Of a stretch of 64,000 nucleotides of DNA, positions 26,720-35,785 are shown in pieces. Within the stretch, counting starts at the first letter, position 1, and every line of letters starts with the position of its first letter. The notes beneath the pieces were generated by a model. The model had not been told where the DNA came from. It ran no database searches and saw only the letters and a program-made list of their open reading frames with translations. The position numbers and the translations under genes are program-made. Source of the DNA: Dehalococcoidia bacterium (GTDB lineage: Bacteria; Chloroflexota; Dehalococcoidia; Dehalococcoidales; E44-bin46); the NCBI GenBank assembly GCA_030605575.1, contig JAUWIC010000063.1:254-64253 (forward strand), read 5' to 3'.

Positions 26720-27425
26720 AGGTGAAGGGGTTACCAAGTACTTTGGAGGACTAGCCGCCGTATCAAAGGTTGACTTCCATGTCGACCAGGGCGAAATCGC
26801 AGGTCTGATTGGCCCCAACGGAGCCGGTAAAACAACCCTGTTTAATTTAATATCGGCGGCTCTGGTGCCTAAACCAGGGACAATAAGATTTAAAGGCGAA
26901 AAGATTACCGGCTTAAAGCCGCATAAAATCTGCAGGCTGGGATTGGCCAGAACCTTTCAGGAGGTTAAGATTTTCTCCAATATGACAGTTCTAGAAAATG
27001 TATTATTGGGTTCGTTATTCGGGTGCTCCACCGGTATGTCATCAGCGGATGCTTCAAGGGAAGCTGAGGAGTTATTGGAGTTTGTCGGGTTGTCAGCAGT
27101 GAGAACGACCCCGGCTAAAGACCTGACCCTGGTTAACCAGAAGCGAATTGAAGTAGCCAGAGCGTTAGCCACCAAGCCAGAGCTATTGATGCTTGATGAG
27201 CTGATGGCGGGGTTAAACCCGGCTGAGGTCGCCCAGGCTATGGAGCTGGTCACCAGAATCCGGGATAAGGGGATTACCATTTTCATGATTGAGCATGTTA
27301 TGAAAGCAATTATGAGCGTATGTGACCGAATTATGGTGCTCCATCACGGGGAGAAGATTGCCGAAGGAACGCCACAGGAGATTGCTATCAGCAAAAAAGT
27401 TGTTGAGGTATACTTAGGAGAGTAG
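26706..27425 (+). CDS. ABC transporter ATP-binding protein (LivG type)
   Basis: Walker A GPNGAGKTT and Walker B LLMLDE are present. Confidence 0.9.
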   Translation: MQILEGEGVTKYFGGLAAVSKVDFHVDQGEIAGLIGPNGAGKTTLFNLISAALVPKPGTIRFKGEKITGLKPHKICRLGLARTFQEVKIFSNMTVLENVLLGSLFGCSTGMSSADASREAEELLEFVGLSAVRTTPAKDLTLVNQKRIEVARALATKPELLMLDELMAGLNPAEVAQAMELVTRIRDKGITIFMIEHVMKAIMSVCDRIMVLHHGEKIAEGTPQEIAISKKVVEVYLGE

Positions 27426-27429
27426 GCTG

Positions 27430-28134
27430 ATGCTGGAAGTTAGCAATATTGATACTTTTTACGGCAAGGCTCAGGCCTTATGGGACGTTTCTTTGAGAGT
27501 CGATGAAGAAGAAATAGTCGCTTTGATTGGTGCCAACGGAGCCGGTAAAACGACACTGCTTAATACTATATCCGGTTTGCTACGTCCGGCTTCAGGCAGT
27601 GTGGAGTTCCTTGGTAAGAAAATAGATGGGCTAGCCCCTCACTCCATTGTGGAACTGGGTATTTCTCATGTACCCGAGGGTAGAAAACTTTTTACCGACA
27701 TGACGGTGCGTGAAAACTTAGAGATGGGTGCCTATCCTTACCACGCCTGGAAACAGAAGGAAGAAACGCTTGAGCATGTTTATCAAATTTTCCCAGCATT
27801 AAAAGAAAGAGAGAAGCAATTATCTAGAACACTAAGCGGTGGCGAACAGCAAATGTTAGCCATGGGTCGGGGTTTAATGTCAAGGCCCAAACTATGCATG
27901 TTTGATGAGCCGTCGTACGGTCTGGCACCGATATTAGTAGTAGAAGCTTTCCGGGCGATAAAGTCCCTGCGTGAACAGGGAATTACCATCTTGCTGATTG
28001 AGCAAAATGTTCGACGTACCCTGGAGATAGCTGACCGGGCGTACGTGCTAGAAAATGGCCGAGTGGTCTTGGAAGGAGCCTGTGACAAGCTTCTCCAAAG
28101 TGATTATGTGAGGAAAGCCTATTTAGGCATTTAG
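27430..28134 (+). CDS. ABC transporter ATP-binding protein (LivF type)
   Basis: Walker A GANGAGKTT, signature LSGGEQQML and Walker B LCMFDEPS are present. Confidence 0.9.
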   Translation: MLEVSNIDTFYGKAQALWDVSLRVDEEEIVALIGANGAGKTTLLNTISGLLRPASGSVEFLGKKIDGLAPHSIVELGISHVPEGRKLFTDMTVRENLEMGAYPYHAWKQKEETLEHVYQIFPALKEREKQLSRTLSGGEQQMLAMGRGLMSRPKLCMFDEPSYGLAPILVVEAFRAIKSLREQGITILLIEQNVRRTLEIADRAYVLENGRVVLEGACDKLLQSDYVRKAYLGI

Positions 28135-28356
28135 GACAGTAGCTTAACTGATACAATATGTCGCGGCAAAGTTGGTGGTGAAGCTAAGAAGTTTCATGTA
28201 TCAAAACAGCGTTTAGGTGCCAGGGAGATGAGAGGAATACCATTCAGGAAGTAAGTATCTATACCCTTAACAATATTAGGTTTCCACTACTGACATACAC
28301 CGGTACCTTTCACGGTGACCTGTACTGCGGGAAAATATGTTTTTCAGGAGGTTAAT

Positions 28357-29112
28357 ATGAGAACGCTTCAAACTGATTTATCCATATATAGCAAATTTAA
28401 TTTTGAGAAGCCACCTGTAGCTGTCAAGTTTCTGCCCACCAGACCAGAGGGAATTGAGCAACTGGATAAGGCTATATCTTTCTGTGAAATGCTCAAAGAA
28501 GCACAGCAAAGGGAAACCCCATTTTACTTCGCTAAAGAGAACGAGACTTGCCTAGGAAAAGCAGTATTGGGAATGGAGGATTTGCCTACATTCGCCGAAG
28601 CCGGAGAAATAGGAGTTAAACTTGAAATCTTTCAGGAGCCGCGGGCTAACAGCAGCCTATATCAATACCTCCCCAAATTACCGAGGGGCATTGTTAACTA
28701 TGTCGCCTACTCCACTTTAGACAAGCTGACATTCGAGCCAGACCTCTTAGTTCTTACTGCCAATGCCAGCCAGGCAGAAATTGTGATGAGGGCAATGTGC
28801 TATTCGACCGGCGCGATACGGGAGTCTAAGACAACAGGTGTATTGGGGTGCGCCTGGGTTTACATTTATCCATATCGAAGCGGCAAAGTGAATTACACGG
28901 TTACCGGATTGGCCTTTGGTATGAGATCAAAAGAGGCATTTGAAGAGGGATCGATACTGATATCTATCCCTTATCATTGGATACCGACTATAACGCAGAA
29001 CCTGCAGGAAATGAAATGGGTTCTTCCGTCATACACAGAGGGTAGGGAACAGTTTCTGAAACGGGAGCGAGCCAACATAGAGGAATTAGAGCGAATTTTT
29101 CAAAATCCCTAA
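28357..29112 (+). CDS. DUF169-family protein (function unknown)
   Basis: The start MRTLQTDL follows an AGGAGG SD. The pattern PVAVKF...FCEM...CLG resembles DUF169 as I recall it. Confidence 0.6.
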   Translation: MRTLQTDLSIYSKFNFEKPPVAVKFLPTRPEGIEQLDKAISFCEMLKEAQQRETPFYFAKENETCLGKAVLGMEDLPTFAEAGEIGVKLEIFQEPRANSSLYQYLPKLPRGIVNYVAYSTLDKLTFEPDLLVLTANASQAEIVMRAMCYSTGAIRESKTTGVLGCAWVYIYPYRSGKVNYTVTGLAFGMRSKEAFEEGSILISIPYHWIPTITQNLQEMKWVLPSYTEGREQFLKRERANIEELERIFQNP

Positions 29113-29289
29113 ATTTATGGAGAATAATTACGTAAAATTGTTTATGATGTTTTATAGATTTATTCCGGCAATAATAGGAAAAAAGGTGAAGTAAACAATG
29201 AGTGATAGGAAGTCGCTTTTTGTGGGAAAGAGTGTAAGAAAATTTCTCTTGAGCGTTAAGCTGAAAGATAGCAAAGCAAGGAGGGAACT

Positions 29290-31146
29290 ATGGCAAGAGG
29301 CTATATGGGCAAGATGCTGATGGTGGACCTTTCCCGAAATGAGCTAAAGGATGAGGTGCTTGACGAAAAGCTAGGCCGCCAGTTCATTGGAGGCTATGGC
29401 ATCGGTGCCAGGATTCTCTTCAGCCGGCAGAAGGCTGGTGTTGACCCGCTCGGCCCGGATAACACCCTGGGCATTCTTACCGGCCCATTCACCGGTACCC
29501 CGGCACTTTCGGGGACAAGGCACACTGTGGTCGGGAAATCACCGTTGACCGGGGGCTGGGGTGATGCCAATTCGGGTGGTGATTTCGGGGCTCGCCTGAA
29601 GTTCGCCGGCTATGATGCGGTGTTCTTCACCGGTATATCAGAAAAGCCGGTTTACCTCTTTATTGATAATGGCAAAGCCGAGCTGAGAGACGCCGCCCAT
29701 CTATGGGGGAAGGATTCTTGCCAAACCGAAGATATGCTCAAATCTGAACTGGGCAAAAGTGTAGAAGTAGCCTGCATTGGCCAATCAGGCGAGAAGGTCT
29801 CTCTCATCTCTGCGGTGGTACACAAGAGCAGAACCGCGGCTCGTTCCGGTTTGGGCGCCGTGATGGGCTCAAAGAGGCTTAAGGCGGTGGCGGTGAACGG
29901 CAACATGAAGGTTCCTATCGCCGATGAAAAAAGAACCAAGGAGCTAAGAACTAAGTGCCAGCATGAGCTGGGAGGGCATATTGTCTGGTTAAAGCCGATA
30001 GGCACGCCGTTCCTTACTGTCGGAGACGCCAAGAGCGGTGGATCGCCGGTCAAAAACTGGGGGGGAGTAGGGGTTATTGACTTTCCCGATGCCGAACCCA
30101 TCGGAGCCGACGCTGTGATTGAGCGCAGGTCGAAGAGGTTCGCCTGTTACCTGTGCCCCATTGGATGTGGAGGCTACATGAAGGCAGGAACCGGAGAGTA
30201 TAAATATGAGGCCGGTTCACGTAGACCGGAATATGAGACGATAGCTATGTTTGGCACCAATTGTCTCAATAACAATATTGAATCGATAATCAAGGTAAAC
30301 GATATTTGCGATCGCTATGGGCTTGACACCATCTCGGCCGGGGCTACCATCGCCTTTGCTATTGAATGCTTTGAGAATGGGCTCATTACCAGGGCAGATA
30401 CCGATGGTATTGAAATGACCTGGGGCAACCATAAGGCTATCGTTGCCATGACGGAAAAATTAGCCAGGAGGGAAGGCTTCGGTGCCATATTAGCCGATGG
30501 AGTAAAGGTGGCGGCGGAGAAGATTGGCAAGGGCGCCGACCAATACGCCATGCATATTCAAGGGCAAGAGATCCCGGCACATGACCCGAAGCATGCCTTT
30601 CACTACGCCACTAGCTACCGGCTGGACCCCACTCCGGGTCGTCATTTTGTGGGCTCAGAATTGTCGGATGCCCCCGCGCATCCCTCAGGACTGCTGCCCG
30701 AATTCGACTTAAAATCGTTTGCCGGCAGGGGAGAAGCACACAAGATAGGCAGCAACTTTCACCAAGCCGTGGTTTGTACCGGGACGTGCCTGTTCGTGTA
30801 CTGGGCTTTTCCCAACATTGACCCTATCGCTGAGTTTATGAGGGCGATTACCGGCTGGGACATAACTACTGACGAGCTGCTTAAGACCGGGGAGAGAATT
30901 TCTAACCTTCGTCAGGCTTTCAATATTCGTGAAGGGTTGAACCCGCTACAGTTCAAAGTCCCCGATAGAGTGCTCGGCCGACCGCCGCAAAAAGAGGGAC
31001 CCCTGGCTGGAGCAACCGTTGATGAGGAGACTATGATCAGAGAGTGCCTTACTGCCATGGACTGGGACCTCAAGACAGCCAAGCCGAGTAAAAAGAAGCT
31101 GCAAGAACTGGGGCTGGAAGACGTGGCTCGGGAACTCTGGCCTTAA
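29290..31146 (+). CDS. Second AOR-family tungsten/molybdopterin oxidoreductase
   Basis: It shows GGDFGARLKFAGYDAVFFTGISEKPVYLFI and CYLCPIGC, with a later Cys in VCTGTCLF, and PEYE. No FeS partner gene lies adjacent. Confidence 0.9.
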   Translation: MARGYMGKMLMVDLSRNELKDEVLDEKLGRQFIGGYGIGARILFSRQKAGVDPLGPDNTLGILTGPFTGTPALSGTRHTVVGKSPLTGGWGDANSGGDFGARLKFAGYDAVFFTGISEKPVYLFIDNGKAELRDAAHLWGKDSCQTEDMLKSELGKSVEVACIGQSGEKVSLISAVVHKSRTAARSGLGAVMGSKRLKAVAVNGNMKVPIADEKRTKELRTKCQHELGGHIVWLKPIGTPFLTVGDAKSGGSPVKNWGGVGVIDFPDAEPIGADAVIERRSKRFACYLCPIGCGGYMKAGTGEYKYEAGSRRPEYETIAMFGTNCLNNNIESIIKVNDICDRYGLDTISAGATIAFAIECFENGLITRADTDGIEMTWGNHKAIVAMTEKLARREGFGAILADGVKVAAEKIGKGADQYAMHIQGQEIPAHDPKHAFHYATSYRLDPTPGRHFVGSELSDAPAHPSGLLPEFDLKSFAGRGEAHKIGSNFHQAVVCTGTCLFVYWAFPNIDPIAEFMRAITGWDITTDELLKTGERISNLRQAFNIREGLNPLQFKVPDRVLGRPPQKEGPLAGATVDEETMIRECLTAMDWDLKTAKPSKKKLQELGLEDVARELWP

Positions 31147-31197
31147 AAGAAGAACAATCTGGGCGGTGAGAACTCTCTAGCCTTACGGGAAACAAAG

Positions 31198-31256
31198 GGT
31201 GCCAGTAAGACTATAATTATATGCCTGCTGTCTTACTGGCACCTGCCTATTTTTAT
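31198..31256. terminator. Bidirectional terminator hairpin between convergent genes
   Basis: GGTGCCAGTAAGAC / GTCTTACTGGCACC form a perfect 14-bp stem with an 18-nt loop, followed by a T-tract (CTATTTTTATT). Confidence 0.6.
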
Positions 31257-31281
31257 TGGTCAAGAAACTGGTGCACGGTAT

Positions 31282-32049
31282 CTATAACATAATGTGTCCG
31301 CCATTTATAAGGATGATCTGCCCTGTGATTAAATCCGAGTCTTTTGAGGCTAGAAATACCGCAGCCCCTACTACGTCTTCTGGCTCTTCACGCCGTTTTA
31401 TTAATTGTGCTGCGACAACACCTTCGAATAATTGTTCACTACCATCCTGGCCTAAACTGGCTTCGGTAGCCGTATATCCCGGGGCAATAGCATTTACATT
31501 AATACCGGATGGGCCTAAAGCGGCGGCTAAAGAATGGGTCATTGTGTAAATCGCTGATTTGGTTAAAGCATAAGGTACAAAGAACTGGGAATCCGGGGAT
31601 TTAAAAACATCAGATGTAATATTGATAATCTTACCACTGGACTGCTTAACCATAAGGGGGGCTATCGCCTTACAGACCAGCCAGGTTCCCCTTACATTCA
31701 CCGTAAACATTCGGTCCCATTCTTCCACTGTCCAGGCATCCCACGGCTTGGCATTGATTCCATACCATATAGCAGCATTATTGACAAGGATATCTACCCT
31801 GCCATACTGCTCTATAACCTTCTCCGCTATCTTTTTAGTGGAATCTTCGTATGAGATATCGGCCTCCATGATTGCTACTTCCCCGCCTTTAGCCTTTACT
31901 TCATTAACCGTGCCCTGAGCCCTTTCCAGATTAGTAGTGGTTAATAGTAGTTTGGCTCCTTCCTCGGCGAACCTCAAGGCGAAGGCCTTCCCCATACCGC
32001 GGCTGGCTCCGGTTATGATGGCTACTTTGTCCTCTAATACTGGTGACAT
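31282..32049 (-). CDS. Short-chain dehydrogenase/reductase (SDR)
   Basis: SDR motifs TGASRGMGKAFA, NNAA and YALTK are present. Confidence 0.85.
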   Translation of the reverse strand: MSPVLEDKVAIITGASRGMGKAFALRFAEEGAKLLLTTTNLERAQGTVNEVKAKGGEVAIMEADISYEDSTKKIAEKVIEQYGRVDILVNNAAIWYGINAKPWDAWTVEEWDRMFTVNVRGTWLVCKAIAPLMVKQSSGKIINITSDVFKSPDSQFFVPYALTKSAIYTMTHSLAAALGPSGINVNAIAPGYTATEASLGQDGSEQLFEGVVAAQLIKRREEPEDVVGAAVFLASKDSDLITGQIILINGGHIML

Positions 32050-32137
32050 ATCTCCCTCCTTTTAATTTCTTTATGTTATACATTATACATCCAATACTCC
32101 TCCGGTAAACTCTGCCTTGGGGGCTAATTATAAAACC

Positions 32138-32686
32138 TTACGCTGACAATTTCACATTCCCTTTTTCAAATTCATCCAGGATAATTTCAGTAGTCCACTT
32201 AGCCGTTTGCATAATAGTGCACCCCTGGCTTATACCCAGGAACTCGTGACTCATCTCGTCATTTGTCAGGTCCCAGGCTTTCCCGAAAAATTTCCTCTGT
32301 ACATCCTTGCAGAGTATAGACCTATATTCCTGGTAATACTTATCCAGAATAGTATTGCGAATGGTGGCACAAGCCCTACGCAAAGTGCTGTCATCCTGAC
32401 CCTCCCGAGGAGTTCCCAGAGCCAGGCCAATCGCCAAAGCGCTGCTGGCTACAGCACCACAGGTACCATCTCCGGTCATGCCAACGCCAGCACTCAGAAC
32501 GCATATCCCGGGGAAAAGCCTCTCTTCCACATCCTCGGGGATAAGTTCCAAGCCGCCCCACCTTAGAGCATCAACTATTGCCAAAAACGTAGACTGACCA
32601 CAGCCCTTGTATTTGGCTTCATATTCTACCGCCAACTCATCTGCCTTCTTAATAATCTCCTCTTTGGTATGCTTGAGCTTAACCAT
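32138..32686 (-). CDS. C_GCAxxG_C_C-family putative redox-active protein
   Basis: GCGQSTFLAIV, DGTCGAVASSALAIG and further conserved Cys residues (CKDV, GCTIM) fit the family layout as I recall it. Confidence 0.5.
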   Translation of the reverse strand: MVKLKHTKEEIIKKADELAVEYEAKYKGCGQSTFLAIVDALRWGGLELIPEDVEERLFPGICVLSAGVGMTGDGTCGAVASSALAIGLALGTPREGQDDSTLRRACATIRNTILDKYYQEYRSILCKDVQRKFFGKAWDLTNDEMSHEFLGISQGCTIMQTAKWTTEIILDEFEKGNVKLSA

Positions 32687-32957
32687 AACTGGCCTACCTC
32701 CATTTCTGTTTTCCGCCCCAAGAATTATATATTATAAACAAACTTTGAACAAACTCAGCCTAATATATTGCAATTCGGCATATGTCGTGCTACATTTGAA
32801 CAGATATTATGACTTTAATATCTCCGGGATACGGCGATATAATAAGGGGATACCCGATGAGGTGAATGTACTAACGCTAGCGACTTATAATACCGATTAA
32901 GATAGGTTAAGGAGGGCAAGGAACATAGCTGAAGATCTGGTTAGCACATTAGCCGAT

Positions 32958-33557
32958 TTGAAGGAAAAAGAAGCTCTTAAAATTGTTGAAGATAGGCTCA
33001 ATGCTGGTAAAGAGCCACTCAAAATCCTTGACGATGCCCAACGTGCTATGGAAATCGTGGGCCAGCGTTTTGCCGATAGCCAGTATTTCATCCCTGACCT
33101 AGTGTACTCCGGTGAGATACTGAAGGAAATAACCGATATGGTTAAGCCCAAGCTAGCCAAGGCAGCGGAGGTTAAGCGTGTGGGTAAGGTTGTCATAGGC
33201 ACCGTTGCCGGGGACATACATGATATCGGCAAGGACATAGTGGTCTTCATGCTCGACGTCAACGGTTTTGAGGTCTACGACCTGGGCGTGGATGTCCCAG
33301 CCCAGAAGTTTGTCGACAAGATAAAGGAGAGCGGTGCCCCTATTGTTGGTTTAAGCGGCTTTCTGGCGCTGGCCTATGATTCCATGAAACAGACTGTAGA
33401 AGCCATAAAAGATGCTGGTCTGAGAAACAAGGTAAAGGTCATGATTGGTGGTGGTCAGATTACCGAGGAGGTAAAGAAGTATACCGGCGCTGATGCCTAT
33501 GGCAAAGATGCCATGGTCGGCGTATCCCTGGCTAAAAAATGGTCAGGCGCCGGGTAA
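32958..33557 (+). CDS. Corrinoid (cobalamin)-binding protein of a methyltransferase system
   Basis: The B12 motif GDIHDIGKDIV (DxHxxG), SGFLA and MIGGG are present, with an N-terminal helical cap. The track start is a TTG with no SD. The frame is open from 32901 and a strong SD lies at 32909-32916, so the true start is probably upstream. Confidence 0.8.
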   Translation: MKEKEALKIVEDRLNAGKEPLKILDDAQRAMEIVGQRFADSQYFIPDLVYSGEILKEITDMVKPKLAKAAEVKRVGKVVIGTVAGDIHDIGKDIVVFMLDVNGFEVYDLGVDVPAQKFVDKIKESGAPIVGLSGFLALAYDSMKQTVEAIKDAGLRNKVKVMIGGGQITEEVKKYTGADAYGKDAMVGVSLAKKWSGAG

Positions 33558-33593
33558 GAATCCTCAGCCGAGAATTGGCAGGAGGTAATAAAA

Positions 33594-34931
33594 CTGGAAA
33601 AGCAACGGGAAGAGTTATCATCGGATGAAAAGCAGGAGGCACTGTTTCAAAGGTGGATTTCACCAGAGGGCGTAGAGTTTGCCAGCCCTGAAGCCGAGAA
33701 GCTGTACAAAGAAAGGACAACCCGGATAAAAGATGCCATTCAATTGAAGAAATTGCCGGACCGGGTGCCGGTCATGCTAATTCCCAGCTTTGCCCCCGCT
33801 TTTTATTCCGGGTTAACCCCTCACGATGTCATGTATGACTACGACAAAATCAAAGTGGCATGGAAAAAATTCTTCATAGACTTTCAGCCGGATACGCACG
33901 GTGGCTGTGAAGTGCCTAGCCCGGGAAGGTTCCTTGACATTCTTGACTTCAAACTATACAAGTGGCCCGGCCATGGGGTCTCACCTGAAACCACCTACCA
34001 GTGTATTGAAGGCGAATACATGAAGGCGGATGAATATGATGCCCTTATTCAGGACCCGTTTTATTTCTTAAGCTTCACCTGGGCATCACGCATATTCGGA
34101 GCCTTGGAGCCCCTCCAGACGATCCCTCATCGCGCCAGCATATTCGAAATGTATGGAGTTAGCTTTCCTTTTATACCCTATGGTACGCCCCCCGTTCAAG
34201 CCGCCTACAGGGCTCTTCTGGAAGCCGGGAATGAAGCCGTGAAATGGATAGGGGTTATCAATTCCTTTTCCAAGGAGATGCCAGAGTTAGGATTTCCCGC
34301 CCACCAAGCTGGCCCTACCAAAGCACCTTTTGACGTGATTGGCGACACCCTCAGGGGAACTAGAGGGATAATGCTGGATATGTACCGCCAGCCCGATAAG
34401 CTCCTCCAGGCCATGGAAGCAATGACGCCAATCATGATTCAGACGGGGGTAGGCATGGCAAAACAGGCCGGAAATCCCCTGATTTTTATGCCCCTGCATA
34501 AGGGCGCTGATGGTTTCCTCTCCGATGAGCAGTACAAAAAATTCTACTGGCCTACCCTTAGAAAGGTCATCATGGGCTTAATTGATGAGGGAGTGGTACC
34601 ACTTCTTTGGGCTGAGGGGGGCTATAACTCGCGTCTGGAGGTTATCCGGGACTTACCTAAAGGCAAGACGGCATGGTTGTTCGACCTGACCGATATGGCT
34701 AAAGCCAAGAAGGCATTGGATGGCATTGCTTGCGTAATGGGCAACATGCCCATGGATTTGTTGACTGTAGGTACCCCCCAGGACGCCAAGGAGCACGCCA
34801 AGAAGCTCATCGATACCTGCGGCAAAGGTGGTGGCTATATCATGGCCAATGGGGCGTTCTTTGATGAGGTAAAGTGGGAGAATCTCAAGACGATAGTTGA
34901 CTTCACCAAGGAATACGGCGTATACAAGTAG
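33594..34931 (+). CDS. Uroporphyrinogen-decarboxylase (URO-D)-like family protein, putative corrinoid-dependent methyltransferase
   Basis: I extended this from the track ORF at 33744 (TTG start). The in-frame upstream sequence LEKQREELSSDEKQEALFQRWISPEGVEF... follows a GGAGG SD at 33581-33585, which leaves CTG 33594 as the only start-like codon. The start is uncertain. Confidence 0.65.
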   Translation: MEKQREELSSDEKQEALFQRWISPEGVEFASPEAEKLYKERTTRIKDAIQLKKLPDRVPVMLIPSFAPAFYSGLTPHDVMYDYDKIKVAWKKFFIDFQPDTHGGCEVPSPGRFLDILDFKLYKWPGHGVSPETTYQCIEGEYMKADEYDALIQDPFYFLSFTWASRIFGALEPLQTIPHRASIFEMYGVSFPFIPYGTPPVQAAYRALLEAGNEAVKWIGVINSFSKEMPELGFPAHQAGPTKAPFDVIGDTLRGTRGIMLDMYRQPDKLLQAMEAMTPIMIQTGVGMAKQAGNPLIFMPLHKGADGFLSDEQYKKFYWPTLRKVIMGLIDEGVVPLLWAEGGYNSRLEVIRDLPKGKTAWLFDLTDMAKAKKALDGIACVMGNMPMDLLTVGTPQDAKEHAKKLIDTCGKGGGYIMANGAFFDEVKWENLKTIVDFTKEYGVYK

Positions 34932-35037
34932 CTACTTGTCGGGCTGAGATTATAATATAATAGTTGAAGAGAGGCTGGGCACCGGGTCTATCCTGATGGT
35001 ATGTCCCAGTACCGGCAGGACCCTGAGGAAGAGAGAT

Positions 35038-35760
35038 ATGCCTGTAATCCTTGACATCCCCCTGAGTTTGAAGACCGGGGAAGTGTTGCGCCGGGAGGGA
35101 TTGGGGGGAAATTTTAAAATCAGGCCTAGGATAAAAAACCTCATTCTGGAACTGCTTGCCAGTGTGAAGCAGGTACATCTTCTGGAGCCAGCGGTGGCCT
35201 ATGAAATCCAGTCGATAACTGAGATGAGCCGTGAGCAGGTATCGCTGGAGGGTAATTCAGTGGTGCACGGCTCATTATTACCTTCAACCTTCCCCGAGGC
35301 TAAAGAGCTGGCTATTGCCGTCGGCACTATCGGCCCCAGGCTGGAAAAACAGGTAGCAGAGTACTTTGACCGGGACGAGCCTTTGCGAGGTATACTTCTG
35401 GATGGCATCGGCAGCGCCGCCGTGGACTCGCTAACGCAAGAAGTCTGCAGGTTGATAACGGCGGAGGCATCATCCCGCGGCTATCAGGCGAGCAGTCCCG
35501 TCAATCCGGGTATGCCTGGCTTACCCATTACCGAGCAGTGGCGGTTGCTGGAAATGGTACCGGCACGGGAAATTGGAGTGAGCCTGACCTCTTCAGGAGA
35601 AATGATCCCCCGTAAATCAATCTCCATGATCATTGGCATAGGGCCAAAAATGAAAACGTGGACACGAGCTGAAGTCTGCGCCCGCTGCAGCCTTAAGAAT
35701 AACTGCCCCTATAGAGTAAAGATTAAAGCGTACCGGCAACACCAGAAGCAGCAGAAATAG
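35038..35760 (+). CDS. MetH activation-domain-like protein (vitamin B12-dependent methionine synthase activation domain family)
   Basis: It shows SPVNPGMPGLPITEQWRLLEMV and MIPRKSISMIIGIG, with a C-terminal CARCSLKNNCPY. I chose the start MPVILDIP. Confidence 0.55.
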   Translation: MPVILDIPLSLKTGEVLRREGLGGNFKIRPRIKNLILELLASVKQVHLLEPAVAYEIQSITEMSREQVSLEGNSVVHGSLLPSTFPEAKELAIAVGTIGPRLEKQVAEYFDRDEPLRGILLDGIGSAAVDSLTQEVCRLITAEASSRGYQASSPVNPGMPGLPITEQWRLLEMVPAREIGVSLTSSGEMIPRKSISMIIGIGPKMKTWTRAEVCARCSLKNNCPYRVKIKAYRQHQKQQK

Positions 35761-35785
35761 TTAGTAAATGGGACGGAGGGAAGGA

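Noticed and set aside
29199-29321. A 40-codon ORF (MSDRKSLFVGKSV...) overlapping the start of the second AOR gene.
   Set aside because: It is short, has only a weak SD, overlaps a well-supported gene start, and has no recognisable features. It cannot be supported from sequence alone.
6943-31146. Selenocysteine (in-frame TGA) or other recoding in the W/Mo enzymes.
   Set aside because: Both AOR-family genes and the molybdopterin oxidoreductase are single uninterrupted ORFs of normal length, so there is no sign of recoding.
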